A model generated the notes under the pieces. That model was not told where the DNA came from and did not search any database. It worked only from the letters and a program-made list of their open reading frames with translations. From contig NC_091995.1 in the NCBI RefSeq assembly GCF_044704955.1, positions 53,444,001-53,508,000 on the forward strand: a stretch of DNA of 64,000 nucleotides. The letters are read 5' to 3'. Shown in pieces: positions 12,700 to 26,900 of the stretch (its first letter is position 1; each line of letters opens with the position of its first letter). A program made the translations under genes and the position numbers. Source of the DNA: Pristiophorus japonicus (Eukaryota).

Positions 12700-13625
12700 A
12701 ATATATTTGTTGATGATACAAAGCTAGGTGGGAATGTAAGTTGTGAGTATGATGCAAAGAGACTTCAAGGGGATATAGACAGGTAAGTGAGTGGGCAAGA
12801 ACATGGCAAATGGAATATAAGGTGGAGAATTGTGAAGTTATCCACTTTGGTAGGAAAAATAGAAAAGCAGTGTATTTTTTAAATGGTGAGCGATTGGGAA
12901 ATGTTGGTGTTCAGAGGGACCTGGGTGTCCTTGTACACGAATCACAAAGTTAACATGCAGGTACCGTAAGCAATTAAGAAAATAGTATGTTGGCCTTTAT
13001 TACAAAATGATTTGAATATAAGAGTAAAGACGTCTTACTGCAGTTACGTAGGGCCCTGGTGAGACCACACATGGAGTACAGTGAACAGTTTTCGTCTCCT
13101 TACCTACGGAAGGATATACTTTCCATTGAGGGAGTGCAACAAAGGTTCACCAGACTGATTCCTGGGATGGGGCATTGTCCTATGAGGAGAGATTGAGTAG
13201 ACTAGGCCTATATTCTCTAGAGTTTAGAAGAATGAGAGGTGATCTCATTGAAATATACAAAATTCTTACAGGGCTTGACAGGGTAGATGCAGGGAGGATG
13301 TTTCCTCTGGCTGGGGAGTCTAGAACCAGGGGCACAGCCTCAGAATAAGGGAACGGCCATTTAGGACTGAGATGAGGAGAAATGTCTTCACTCAGAGGAT
13401 AGTGAAACTTTGGAATTCTCTACCTCAGAGAGCTGTGGAGGCTCAGTCGTTGAGTACATTCAAGACAGAGATCGATAAATTTTTGAATAATAATGAAATC
13501 TAGGGATTTGGGGATCGTGCAGGAAAGTGGAGTTGAGGTCGAAGATCAGCCATGATCTTATTGAATGGCGGAGCAGGCTCGATGGACCAAATGGCCAACT
13601 CCTGCTCCTATTTCTTGTGTTCTTA
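12700..13625 (+). mobile_element. 5'-truncated CR1 LINE (RT C-terminus plus 3' UTR)
   Basis: Begins at the FVDDTKLGG region, includes the RPHMEY motif, ends with the CR1 3' tail ctcctatttcttgtgttctt. Confidence 0.9.
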
Positions 13626-13924
13626 ATCCTGTGAAGATGAGTGAGCACTATCATTTGCTATACTAACAAGGCCTGAGGGGAAAGCATTAACCAGTGTCAA
13701 TGAGTTCATCGCAATTGCTGCAAACCGACGGGGTCGCCCAGTCGATAGACACATCCGCCGAATATTCAACTCCTGGCCTCTGCGCGGAGTGTGTAAAGCG
13801 TAATCGATTCGATAACCTCCCCCAGACAAATTTCACTTACACACTGAGGGAATTGCCAGCGAGAGTTTCATGGGATGTATCTGAAATGGTTTGCACAATT
13901 GCCAATCACATGCCGATAAAAAAA

Positions 13925-14335
13925 ATAAGGAACATCAGAACAGGAGGAGGCCATTCAGCCTCTCGAGCCTGTTCCGCCATTCAATGGGATCATTACTGAT
14001 CTGTATCTTACCTCCATCTACCCTCCTTTGTTCTGTAACCCTTAATACCCTCGCCAAACAAAAACCCATCAATCTCAATTTTGACATTTTCAATTGACCC
14101 GCAGCCTCAATAGCTTTCTGGAGCAGAGAGTTCCAGAGTTCCATCGCATTTTGTGTGAAGAAGTGTTTCCTGACATCACCCCTGAATGGCCGAGCATTAA
14201 GTGATGTCTGTACCTGGACCCCTAAATCGCTCTGTTCATCCACAGTTCCTAGCTTCTCACCATTTGGAAATTACTCTGACCGATCTTTCCTGTGTGCAAA
14301 GTGGATGACCTCACACTTCCCCACATTGAAACTAG
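13925..14335 (-). mobile_element. CR1 LINE 3' fragments, antisense
   Basis: Reverse complement of the CR1 tail plus RPFRGDVRKHFFTQ and KCEVIHF fragments. Confidence 0.85.
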
Positions 14336-17300
14336 GATCTGTTTAATCCATGTGTGGAAAGTCATGACATTAATTGTTTTCTGTTCGTTCTCACCCTCCC
14401 AACACACCACACACTCCCACACACTCATCTCCACACTGCTACCGAGACCCTCTTCAGGAGTAAGGGGGGGGGAGGGGGTTGAGGGGCATGGGGGTGAGGG
14501 GAGGCGTACGGGAGAGAGGGGGTGGGGAGGGGTACGGGAGAGTGGGTGAAGAGTATGGGAGAGGAGGAGGGAGGAGGGGTATGGGGGGAGGGGAGAGAGT
14601 GGGTGAGGGGAGAGAGTGGGTGAGGGGAGCGAGTGGGGATTGAGAGGAGGAGGAGGGGAGAAGGAAGGGGTGGAATAATGAGGGGAGGAGGAGTGAGGGA
14701 TGGAATAATGAGGGGTGAGGTGGGAGGAGGAGTGAGGTGAGAGGAGGGGGAGGGTAAAGAGGGAGGTAGGGGAGAGAGAGGGAGGAAGGGGAGAGGGAGG
14801 GAGGGGAGAGAGCGGGAGAGGATTGAGGGGGATGGGAGTGTAGGGGAATGGGGTGAGGAATGTGGAGGAGGGGTGTGAGCTGTTAGGGGGTGGGGAGAGA
14901 GGGAGGGGAGAGAGAGGGAAGGAAGTGAGAGGGAGGGAGGAAGGGAAGGGGAATGAGAAGGAGGGGAGAGGGGGTGGAGGGGAATGAGGGGGGAGCAGAG
15001 CGATGGTGGAGGGGAGAGAGTGGGAGGGAGGGGAATGAGGGGGAGGAGATGAGGGGAGGGGACTGATGGGGGAGGTTATCGAGGGGGGAGGGGTGTGAGG
15101 GAGATGAGGGGAGTGAGGTGGGAGGGAAGAGTGGGGGAGGGGGAGGGAAATGGCGTGAGGGGGCGAGAGAGAGGGAGGGGAGAGAGCGGGGGATGGGTGA
15201 GGGCGACGGGAGTGTAGGGGAATGGGGTGAGGGAGAGGGGAATGAGGAGTGCGGCGGGAGGGTGTGAGGTGTTAGGGGATGGGGAGAGAGGGAGGAGAGA
15301 GAGAGAGGGTGGGGAGAGAGGACAGAGAGGGAGGGGAGGGAATAGAGAGGGAGGGAGGGAATAGAGAGGGGGAGGGGAGAGAGAGGGAGCAAGGGGAGAG
15401 AGAGGAAGGGAAAGGAAAGGGAGGGGAGAGAGGGGGGAGGGCAGGGAGGGGGAATGAGAAGGAGTGGAGAGAGAGGGCAGGAGAATGAGGGGCGAGGGGA
15501 GTGAAGTGTTGGGGGTGGGGAGGGAGGGGAGAGTGGGGGGGAGAGGGAGCGAGGGGAGAGTGAGAGGAAAGGGAGGGAGGGAAGGAGCATGCGAAGGAGG
15601 GGAGAGAGAGGGGAATGTTTTGAGGGGAGGGGAGTGAGGGAAGAGGGGAAAGGGAGTAAGGGGAGGGGAGTGAGGCGGGGGAAGGGAGGGGAATGAGGGG
15701 TATGGGGGAGTGAACTGATGGGGGAGGGGATCAAGTGGAGGGGAGTGAGTGGGGGAGCGGTGAGGGGGATGGGAGTGAAGGTGAATGGGATGGGGATTGG
15801 AGTGTGGAGGAGGGGTGAGGTGTTCGGGCGGGGAGGGAGGGGAGAGAGAAGGAGGTAGGGGAGAGAGCGGGAGGGGAATGAGAATGAGGGAGGGAGGGGA
15901 GGGGAAAGAAGGGGACGGGACCGAGGGGGGAACAGAGCGATGGGGGGGAGGTGTGAGGGGAGTGAGTGGGGTACGGGAGTCAGGGTGAGGGGAGTGAGGT
16001 GGAGGGGAGTGGTGTGAGGGAGAGGGAGTGATAGGGAGGGGAGTGATAGGGAGGGGGTAGTGAGAGGGAGGGGATAAGGGGACCGATGGGGGCTGCTGAT
16101 CGATGGGGGGAGGGGATCGAGGGGGAGGGAAGAGGGTGAGAGGAGTGGGGGAGAGGGGAGCGGGGGGGAGGGGAGTGTGGCTGAGAGGAGTGGTGAGGAG
16201 AGTCAGGGGAAATGGAGTGAGGGGGAGAAGAGTGAGGGGGAGGTAGGAGAGGGATGGGGAGGGGTGAGAGGGAGGGAGGGGAGAGAGAAGGAGGAAAGGG
16301 AGAGAGCGGGAGGGGAGCGAGGGAGGGAGGGAAAGGGAATGAAAATGAGGATGAGGGGAGAGGGAGGAGAGGGAAATGAGAGGGCGAGCGGAGCAATGGG
16401 AGGAAGGGTGTGAGAGGAATGAGTGGGAGGGGGAGACGAGTAAGTGGGAGAGGAGTGAGGGGGAGGGAAGTGACGGGGTGAGGAGGAGAGGAGTGAGAGA
16501 GAGGAAGAAGTGAGGGGGAGGGAGGAGTGAGAGGAGGGGAGAAATGGGGAAGGGAGAGATGGAGAGGGAGGGGAATGAGGGGGAGGAGATCAAGGGGGAG
16601 GGGATTGAGGGAGGAGGTGTGTGAGGAGGAGGGGTGTGAGAGGGAGATGTGCAGGGGAGGGTGAGGAGGGCGGTGAAGGAGAGCGAGAAGTGGGGAGAGC
16701 GAGGGGGAGGGGAGCGAGGCAGAAAGTAACAAGGGGAGGGGAGCGAGCAGGGGTGGAACGAGGGGGAGGGGTGAGGAGAGTGATGGAGTGAGAGTGACAG
16801 GAGTGAAGGGGAGAGGAGTGACTGGCGGTGAGGGGGAGGGAAGTGAAGGGGAATGGCGTGAGGGGAAGGGGAGAGAGAGAGGGGGAAGGGAGGGGAGAGA
16901 GAGAGGGAAGGGAGTGGGTGGGGTAGGCTGAGGGGGATTGGAGTGAAGTGGAATGGGGTGAGGAGGAGGGGAGTGAGGTTTTAGGGGGAAAGGAGAGAGG
17001 GGGAGGGAGGGGAGAGAGAAGGAGGGAGGGGAGAGAGAGGGAGGGAGGGGAGGGGAGGGGAAAGAGAATGAGGGGAGAGAGAGGGAGGGAAGGGGAATGA
17101 GGGGGAGGGTACCGAGGGGGGAGCGGAACGATGGGGGAAAAGGTGTGAGGGGAGTGAGTGGGGTAGGAGAGTCAGGGTGCGGGGAGGGAGGGTGAGGGGA
17201 GTGAGGGGGAGGGGAGTGAGGTGACGGAGGGAGAGGGATGGGGAGGGGAGTGAGGGGGAGGGGAGTGAGGTGACGGAGGGAGAGGGATGGGGAGGGGGGA

Positions 17301-17538
17301 GAGAGGGAGGGAGGGGAGAGAGAGGGAGGGAGTGAAGGGGAATGAGGGGAGCGGAATGAGGGGACGAGCGGAGCAATGGGAGGAGGGGTGTGAGGGAAAT
17401 GAGTGGGAGGGGGAGAGGAGTAAGTAGGAGGGGGAGGGGATTGAGGGGTGTGAGTGGAGTGAGGGAGAGGAGATGAGGGGAGAGCGGGAGGTGGAGGAGA
17501 GTGGGGAGAGGGGAGCGAGGCAGGAGGGCAGAGTGGGG

Positions 17539-17918
17539 TAGAAACATAGAAACATAGAAAATATGTGCAGGAGAAGGCCATTCGGCCCTTCTAGCCTGCA
17601 CCGCCATTCAATGAGTTCATGGCTGAACATGCAACTTCAGTACCCCATTCCTGCTTTCTCGCCATACCCCTTGATCCCCCTAGTAGTAAGGATTACATCT
17701 AACTCCTTTTTGAATATATTTAGTGAATTGGCCTCAACAACTTTCTATGGTAGAGAATTCCACAGGTTCACCACTCTCTGGGTGAAGAAGTTCCTCCGCA
17801 TCTCGGTCCTAAATGGCTTACCCCTTATCCTTAGACTGTGACCTCTGGTTCTGGACTTCCCCAACATTGGGAACATTCTTCCTGCATCTAACCTGTCCAA
17901 CCCCGTCAGAATTTTAAA
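17539..17918 (-). mobile_element. CR1 LINE 3' end inserted in polypurine tract
   Basis: (agaaacat)n tail. The minus strand encodes FKILTGLDRLDAGRMFP...RTEMRRNFFTQRVVNLWNSLP. Confidence 0.92.
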
Positions 17919-20900
17919 TAGGGGGGAGTGGAGTGAGGGGGAGAGGAGTGAGGGGGAGGGAAGTGAAGGGAAATGGCGTGAGGGGGAGAGAGAGAGAGGG
18001 AGGGGAGAGAGTGGGGGATGGGTGAGGGGGACGGGAGTGTAGGGGAATGGGGTGAGGGGGAGGGGAATGAGGAGTGCGGAGGAAGGGTGTGAGGTGTTAG
18101 GGGGTGGGGAGTGAGGGGAGAGAGGGAGAGAGAGAGGGAGGGAGGGAGGAGATAGAGAGAGGGAGGGAGGAGAGAGAGAGAGGGAGGGGAGAGAGAGGGA
18201 GGCAGGGGAGAGAGAGAGGGAGTGAAGGGGAATGAGAAGGAGAGGAGAGGGAGGGCAGGGGAATGAGGGGCAAGGGGAGTGAAGTGTTGGGGGTGGGGAG
18301 GGAGGGGAGAGAGAGAGAGAGAGAGGGAGGGGAGAGAGCGAGGGAGGGGGAGAAAAGGGAGGGAGAGAGAGGGGGAGAGAAGGAGGGGTGAGACGGAGGG
18401 AGACGGGGAGCGAGGGAGGAGAGAGGGATGTGAATGTGAAGAGGAGTGTGAGGGGAATGAGTGGGAGGGGAGGGGAATGAGGGGAGGGGAGTGAGGGGAG
18501 GGGAGTGAGAGGGAGGGAAGTGAGGGGGAAGGGAAGGGAGAGAGGAGGAATGGAGGGGAATGAGGGGACTGATGGGGAGGGGATCAAGGGGGAGGGGAGT
18601 GAGTGGGGGAGCGGTGAAGGGGATGGGAGTGAAGGTGAATGGATGAAGGGGAGTGGAGTGCGGAGGCGGGGTGGGATGAGGTGTTCAGACGGGGAGGGAG
18701 GGGAAAGAGGAACGAAGGGGAGAGAGAAGGAGATAGGGGAGAGAGCGGGAGGGGAATGGGAATGAGGGGAGAGAGAGGGAGGGGAGGGGAAAGAGGGGTG
18801 AGCGGAGCGATGGGGGGAGAAGTGTGAGGGGAGTGAGTGGGGTAGGGGAGTCAGGGTGAGGAGAGTGAGTGGGAGGTGGAGGGGAGTGAGGTGAAGGGGA
18901 GTATTGTGAGGGAGAGAGGAGTGAGAGGGAGAGGGAGTGGTGGGGAGGGGAGTGATAGGGAAGGGGGAATGAGGGGGAGTGGAGTGAGGGGGACGGGATG
19001 AGCGGAGGGGAGGGGACCGATGGGGGCTGCTGATCGATGGGAGGACGGGGAGGTGGAGGGGAGAGGGCGAGAGGAGTGGGGGAGGTGGAGGGGACTGGTG
19101 TAGTGGGGGAGAGGGGAGCGAGGGGGAGGGGAGTGTGGCTGAGGGGAGTGGTGAGGAGAATGAGGGGGAGAGGAGTGAGGGGGATTTGTCGGAGAGGGAT
19201 GGGGAGGGGAGAGAGAGGGAGGGAGGGGATAGAGAAGGAGGAATGGGAGAGGGAGGGAGGGGAGAGAGGGAGGGAGAGAAGGGGAATGAGATGGAGGGGA
19301 GAGGGAGGGGAGGGGAGTGAGGGGTGTGAGGGGAATGTGTGAGGGGGATGGGGAGGACAGTGACGGGAAGGGGAGTGAGGGGGTGATGTGAGGGGGAGAG
19401 AGGGATTGCGGGGGAGGGAGCGAGTGAGGGGGAGCGGTGAGAGGGGGAAGGGAGGGGAATGAGGGGAGGGGAGGGGAGAGGGAACTGATGGGGGGAGGTG
19501 ATCGAGGGGGGAGAGGATCGAATGGAGAGGGGTATGGGGGGAGGGGTGTGAGGGGGAATGGAGGGGAGAGAACGGGGAGGGGAGCGGTGAGGAGCACGGG
19601 AGTGAAGGGGAATGGGATGAGGGCGAGTGGAGTGCGGAGGAGGGTTGGAGATGGGGAGGGAGGGGTGGGAGAAGGAGGGAGGGGCAGTGGGACTGAGGGA
19701 GGAGTAAGGGGGAGGAGAGAGGGGAGTGATGGGGTGGGGGGGAAGGGAGTGAGGGGGAGGGGAGAGAGGAGAAGGGAGAGTGCGGGAGTGAGTGGAATGA
19801 GGGGGAGGTGATGAGGGGAGGGGAGGGGGAGGGGGAGTGGACCGATGGGGGCTGCTGATCGAGGGGGGAGGAGATCAAGGGGGGCGGGATGTGAGGGGGA
19901 GGGAGGAGGTGGAGGGGAGAGGGCGAGAGGAGTGGGGGAGGTGGAGGGGAATGGGGGAAAGGGCAGCGAGGGGGAGGGTAGTGTGGCTGAGGGGAGGGGC
20001 GGGGAGAGTCAGGGGGGAGTGGAGGGAGGGGAATAGGAGGAGAGAGAGGGGAGGTGGGGGAGAGCGAGGGAGGGCTGGGGGGAATGGGAGTGTAGGAGAA
20101 TGGGGTGAGGGGCAGGGGAGTGAGGATTGTGGAGGAGGGGTGTGAGATGTTAGGGGAGGGGGAGTGAGGGATAGGGAGGGAAGAGAGGGAGGGGAGAGAG
20201 AGGGAGGGAAGAGGGAGGGGGATGGGGCGAGTGGAGAAATGGGGGGAGGGGAGTGAGGGGAAGGGGAGTGAGGGGGAGTGGAGGGGAGGGGAGTGAGGGG
20301 GAGGGGAGGGGAGTGAGGGGGAGAAGGAGGAGAAGAGTGAGGGGAGGGGCGGGAGTGAGGGGAGCGGAGTGCGGGGGAGGGAGGGAGGGGAGAGAGGGAG
20401 CAGGGAGAGAGGGGGAGAGAGGTCTATGAGGTGTAGGAGATGAGGGGAGGGGTAGGAGGGAGGGGACTGATGGGGAGAGGTGATCGATTGGGGAGGTCTG
20501 TGAGAGGGGGAGGGTGAGAGGAGAGGGGGAGATGGAGGGGAGCGAGGAGGGAAGGGAACAAGGAAGGAGGGGAGCGAAGGGGAGGGGAGTGAGGGAGAGA
20601 GGAGCGAGGGGGAGGAGATGAGGGGAGGGGGTTAGGGGAGTGATGGGGAAGGTGTGTGAAGGGGGGAGGTGTGAGAGGGGGAGGTGGAGGGGAGAAGAGG
20701 AGGGAAGTGGGGGAGGTGGAAGGGAGCAAGGAGGGAGGTAGCGAGGAGGAAGAGGAGCGAGGGGGAGTGGAGTGAGGGGAAGGGAGCGAGGAGGCGGGGA
20801 GGGGTGAGGAGAGTGATGGGAGAGTGAGAGATAAAGGAGTGAGAGAGAGAGAGGACAGAGGTGGAGATGCGTGAGAAAGACAGGAGTGAGGAGGAGAGGA

Positions 20901-23900
20901 GTGAGAGAGACAGGAATGAGCGGGAGAAAAGTGAGGGGGAGAGGAGTGACTGGGGATGACGGGGAGCGAAGTGAAGGGGAATGGCCTGAGGGGGAGGGGA
21001 GAGTTCGGGGAGGGGAGAGAGAGAGAGAGGGAAGGATGTGAGAGGGGGATGGGATTCAGGTGGAATGGGCTGAGGAGGAGGGGAGTGAGGTTTTGGGAGG
21101 GAGGGGAGAGAGGGGGGAGAGGAGAGAGAGGGGGTGATGAGGGGGAGGGGCTGGAAATAAGGGGGATGGGAGTAATGGGGAGGGGATGAGAGGAGGGAGG
21201 TGGAGGGGAGGAACGTGGGGCTTGAGGGGGAGGGGAGCGAGCGGGGTAGGGTGTGAGAGGGGCGTTGAGTGAGCGGGGTAAGTGAGGAGTGGGACGGGGA
21301 GGGGAGTGAGTGGGAGTGGAGTGAGGGGGAAGGGAGGGAGGGGAGAGAATGGAGAGAGGGGAGGGGATGAGGGGGAGGTAGGGGAATGAGGGTGATGGAG
21401 GGGAGTGAGGCTGATGGAGGAGAGAGGGAGGGAGGGGAGTGAGGGGGATGGAGTGAGGGGGAGGAACCGAGTGAGTGGGAGGGGTGAGAAGGGGAAGGGA
21501 GGGGAATGAGGGGGAGGGGACTGATGGGGGCAGGTGATAGAGGGGTGTGAGGGGGAGGGGTGTGAGGGGGAGTGGAGGGGAGAGAGCGGGGAGGGGAGTG
21601 AGTGGGGGAGCAGTGAGGAGGACGGGAGTGAAGGGGAATGGGATGAGGGGGTGGGGAGTGCGGAGGAGGGTGTGAGGTGTTGGAGGTGGGGAGGGAGAAT
21701 GAGGGAGGGGAGAGAGAGGGAGGGGAGGGAATGAGAATGAGGGGAGAGAGAGGAAGGGGAATGAGTGGGTGGGGACCAAGGAGAAAATGGTGCGATGGGG
21801 GGAGAGGTGTGAGGAGAGTGAGTGGGGTAGGGGAGTCAATGTGAGGGGAGTGAGTGGGAGGGTGAGGGGAGTGAGGGGGAGAGGAGTGATAGGGAGATGA
21901 GGGGGAGGGGAGTGATAGGGAGGTGAGGGGGAGGGGAGTGATAGGGAGGGGAGTGAGGGGGAAGGGAGTGAAGGGAGGGGAGAGAGTGGAATGAGGGGAT
22001 GAGGGGAGGGGAGGGGAAGTGGACCAATGGGGGTTGCTGATCAAGGGGGGGAGGGATTCAAGGGGGGAGGATTGTGAGGGGGAGGTGGAGGGGAGAGGGC
22101 GAGAGGAGTGGGAGAGGTGGAGGGAGTGGGGAATGGGCAGCGAGGGGGAGGGGAATGTGGCTGCGGGGAGGGGTGAGTGGAGTAAGGGGGGAGTGGAGTG
22201 ATGGGAAGAAGTGTGAGGGGGGAATGGCGTGAGTGGAGGTAGGAGGGGTGTGAGATGTTAGGGGTTGGGGAGTGAGGGAGAGGGAGGGAAGAGAGGGAGG
22301 GAGGGGAGGGGAATGAGGGGGCGAGCGGAGCAAGGGGGAGGGGTGTGACGGGAATGAGTGGGAGGGGAGGGGAAGGAGAGCGACGGGGAGAAGAGAGGGA
22401 GGGGTGAGGGGAGGGAGATGGAGGGAGGGGAGAGGGAGGGAGTTAGGGAAGGGGAATGAGAATGAGGGACGAGGGAGGGGAGCGGAATGAGGGGGCGAGC
22501 GGAGCAATGGGAGGAGGGGTGTGAGGGGAATGAGTGTGAGGGAGCGAGAGGAGGAGATTGGGGGGGAGGGGAGTGTGAGAGGGGAGGGGAGAGAGGGGGG
22601 CTGGGGAGAGAAAGAGGGGGAGGGAGTGTGGAGGAGGGAGAGAGAGACAAGGAGGAGAGAGAGGAGGGAGGGGAGAGAGAGGAGGGAGGGGAGAAAGAGA
22701 GGGGAGGGGATAGGGGGAATGGCGAGAGAGAGAGGGAGGAGAGAGGGAGAGGGGGTGGGAGTGAGGGGCAGTGGGACTGAGGGAGGAGTAAGGGGGAGGG
22801 GAGTGATGGGGTGAGGGGAAGGGAGGGGGAGGTGAGTGAGCGGGAGGGGGGAGTAAGTTGACGGGGAAGTGAGGGGGAGGACAGTGAAGAGGAAGAGTTT
22901 GAAGTGAGTGGGTGTGGAGTGAGGAGGTGGGGAGTGAGGGGATGGGGATAGTGGAGGAGAGGAGGAGGAGGGAGAGGGGATTGAGGTGGATGGGAGAGTG
23001 GGAGGAGAGCGGAGTGAGAGGAGAGAGAGGGAGGGAGGGAAGGGGAATGAGATGGAGGGGAGAGGGAGGGGAGGGGAATGAGGGTGAGGGTGTGAGGGGA
23101 ATGTGTGAGGGGGATGGGGAGGACAGTGACGGGAAGGGGAGTGAGGCGGATGGAGTGAGGGGGTGATGTGAAGGCGAGGGAGGGATTGCGGGGGAGGGAG
23201 CGAGTGAGGGGGAGGGGTGAGAGGGGGAAGGGAGGGGAGTGAGGGGAGGGGAGAGGGAACTGATGGGGGGGAGGTGATCGAGGGGGAGAGGATCGAATGG
23301 AGAGGGGTATGGGGGGAGGGCTATGAGGGGGAGTGGAGGGGAGAGAGCGGGGAGGGGAGCGGTGAGGAGCACGGGCGTGAAGGGGAATGGGATGAGGGCG
23401 AGTGGAGTGCGGAGGAGGGTTGGAGATGGGGAGGGAGGGGAGGGAGAAGGAGGGAGGGGGAGGGGAGAGAGGAGAAGGGAGAGTGCGGGAGTGAGTGAAA
23501 TGAGGGGGAGGTGATGAGGGGAGGGGAGGGGGAGGGGGAGTGGACCGATGGGGGCTGCTGATCGAGGGGGAGGAGATCAAGGGGGGGGGTGGGATGTGAG
23601 GGGAGGGAGGGGGTGGAGGGAGAGGGCGAGAGGAGTGGGGGAGGTGGAGGGGAATGGGGAAAGGGCAGCGAGGGAGAGGGTAGTGTGGCTGAGGGGAGGG
23701 GTGAGGAGAGTCAAGGGGAGTGGAGGGAGGGGAAGAGGAGGAGAGAGAGGGGAGGTGGGGGAGAGCTGGGGGGATGGGAGTGTAGGAGAATGGGGTGAGG
23801 GGCAGGGGAGTGAGGAGTACGGAGGAAGGGTGTGAGATGTTAGAGGATGGGAAGTGAAGATAGGGAGGGAAGAGAGGGAGGGGAGAGAGAGGGAGGGGAG

Positions 23901-26900
23901 AGAGAGGGAGGGGAGAGGGAGGGGGAGGGGGCGAGTGAAGAAATGGGGGGAGGGGTGTGAGGGGAGTGAGGGGAAGGGGAGTGAGGGGGAGGGGAGGGGA
24001 GTGAGGGGGAAAAGGGGGAGAAGAGTGAGGGGAGGGGCGGGAGTGAGGGGAGAGGAGTGTGGGGGAGGGAGGGAGGGGTGAAAGGGAGCAGGGAGAGAGG
24101 GGAGAGAGGTCTATGAGGGGTAGGAGATGAGGGGAGGGGTAGGAGGGAGGGGACTGATGGGGGGAGGTGATCGATTGGGGAGGTCTGTGAGAGGGGGCGG
24201 GTGAGAGGAGAGTGGGAGATGGAGGGGAGCGAGGAGGGAAGGGAACGAGGAGGGAGGGAGCGAAGGGGAGGGGAGTGAGGGAGAGAGGAGCGAGGGAAGG
24301 GGTTAGGGGAGTGATGGGGAAGGTGTGTGAAGGGGGGAGGTGTGAGAGGGGGAGGTGGAGGGGAGAGGACGAGGGAAGTGGGGGAGGTGGAAGGGAGCAA
24401 GGAGGGAGGTAGCGAGGAGGAGAGGAGCGAGGGGGAGGGGAGTGAGGGGGAGGGAGTGAGGAGGCGGGAAGGGGTGAGGAGAGTGATGGGGGAGTGAGAG
24501 AGAAAGGAGTGAGAGAGAGAGAGGACAGAGGTGGAGATGTGTGAGAAAGACAGGAGTGAAGAGGAGAGGAGTGAGAGAGACAGGAATGAGCGGGAGAGAA
24601 GTGAGGGGGAGAGGAGTGACTGGGGATGACGGGGAGCGAAGTGAAGGGGAATGGCCTGAGGGGAAGGGGAGATTTCGGGGAGGGGAGAGAGAGAGAGTGG
24701 GAAGGATGTGAGTGGGGAAGGCTAAGGGGGATGGGATTGAGGTGGAATGGGCTGAGGAGGAGGGGAGTGAGGTTTTAGGGCGTGGGGAGGGAGGAGAGAG
24801 AGGGTGGGAGAGGAGAGAGAGGGGGGAGAGGAGAGAGAGGGGGGAGGGGAGAGAGGGGGTGATGAGGAGGAGGGACTGGAAATAAGGGGGAGGGTAGTAA
24901 TGGGGAGGGTATGAGAGGAGGGAGGTGGAGGGGAGGAGGGTGAGGGGAGCGAGGGGGGGAGGGTGTGAGAGGGGCGTTGAGTGATCGGGGTAGGTGAGGA
25001 GTGGGACGGGGAGGGAAGGGAGTGGAGTGAGGGGGAAGGGAGGGAGGGGAGAAAATGGGGAGGGGATGAGGGGGAGGTAGGGGAATGAGGGTGATGGAGG
25101 GGAGTGAGGCTGATGGAGGAGAGAGGGAGGGAGGGAGGGGAGAGGGAGGTATGGAGTGAAGGGTATGGAGTGAGGGGGATGGAGTGAGGGGGAGGAAGCG
25201 AGTGAGGGGAGGGGTGAGGGCGAGAGGAGTAGGAGAGGTGGAGGGGAGTGGGGGAATGGGCAGCGAGGGGGAGGGGAGTGTGGCTGCGGGGAGGGGTGAG
25301 TGGAGTAAGGGGGGAGTGGAGTGATGGGAAGAGGTGTGAGGGGGGAATGGCGTGAGTGGAGGTAGGAGGGGTGTGAGATGTTAGGGGGTGGGGAGTGAGG
25401 GAGAGGGAGGGAAGAGAGGGAAAAGAGAGAGAGGGAGGGAAGGGAGAGGGAGGGGAGAGAGGGAGGGAGGGGAAAGAGAGGGAGGGAGGGGAGGGGAATG
25501 AAGGGGCGAGCGGAGCAAGGGGGGGGCGTGTGACGGGAATGAGTGGGAGGGGAGGGGAAGGAGAGCGACGGGAAGAAGAGGGGGAGGAGTGAGGGGGGGG
25601 AGGGAGAAGTGGGAGAGGGAGGGGAAAAAGGGGGAGGAGATGAGGGGAGGGGAAGGAGAGAGGGAGAGGGAGGGGAATGAGGGGAAGAAGAGAGGGAGAG
25701 GGAGGGGAATGAGGAGGAGGAGATGAGGGGAGGGGACTGATGAGGGGAGGTGATCGAGGGGAGAGGTCTGTGAGAGGGGGAGGAGGAGTGGAAAAGGGGA
25801 GGGGAGAGGAGAGAGGGAGGTGGAGGGGGAGCGAGGAGGGAGGGAGCAGGAGGGAGGGGACCAAGGAGGGAGGGTGCGAGGTGGAGGGGAGCGAGGGGGA
25901 GGAGATGAGGGGAGGGGGTTAGGGAAGTGTGGGGGGAGGTGTGTGAGGTGCGAGGTGTGTGAGGGGGAGGGGTGCGAGAGGGGGAGGTGGATGGGAGAGG
26001 AGGAGGTGGATGGGAGAGGAGGAGGGGAGCAAGGAGGGAGTGAAGCGACGGGGAGGGGAGTGAGGGGGAGAGGAGAGAGGGGAGGGGAGGGTGAGGAGAG
26101 TGATGGGGGAGTGAGAGAGACAGGAGTGAGAGAGACAGGAGTGAGGTGGGGACAAGTGAGAGAGACAGGAGTGAGGAGGAGAGGAATGAGAGAGACAGGA
26201 GTGAGCGGGAGAGGGGTGAGGGGGAGAGGAGTGACTGGGGATGAGGGGAAGTGAAGTGAATGGGAATGGTCTGAGGGGGAGGGGAGAGTGGGGAGGGGAG
26301 AAAGAGAGGGAAGGGAGTAAGTGGGGGAGGCTGAGGGGGACGGGATTGAAGTGGAATGGGCTGAGGAGGAGCGGAGTGAGGTTTTAGGAGGTGGGGAGGC
26401 AGGGTAGAGAGTGGGAGGGAGGGGATAGAAAGGGAGGGAGGGAAGAGATGGAGCGGAATGCGAAGGAGTGGCCAGCAATAAGGTGGAGGGGAGTAAGGGG
26501 AAGGGGATGAGGGGAGGGAGGGGGTGGGGAGGAATGTGGGGCTTGAGGGGGAGGGGACTGGGGGGAGAGTGTGTGAAGGGGTCGTTGAGGGAGCGGGTAG
26601 GGGAGTGAGTGGGAGGGGGAGGGGAGCGAGTGGGAGGGGAGCGAGTGGGAGGGGAGGAGGGAGGGAGGGGGAGGGAGGAGAGTGAGGGTGAGGGAGGGGA
26701 GTGAGGGGGAGGGGAAAGTGTGGGAGGAAGGTAAGAGAGAGGGAAGGGGAGGGGCGTGAGGGGGAGGGTAGTGAGAGGGAGGGTAGTGGGAGGGAAGTGG
26801 GTGGGAGGGCAACTGGAGTGAGGAATGAGGGGAGTGAGGAGGGAGGGAAGAGAGAGGGAAGGGAGGAGAGAGAGGGGAGTGAGGGGGAGGGGAAAGTGGG

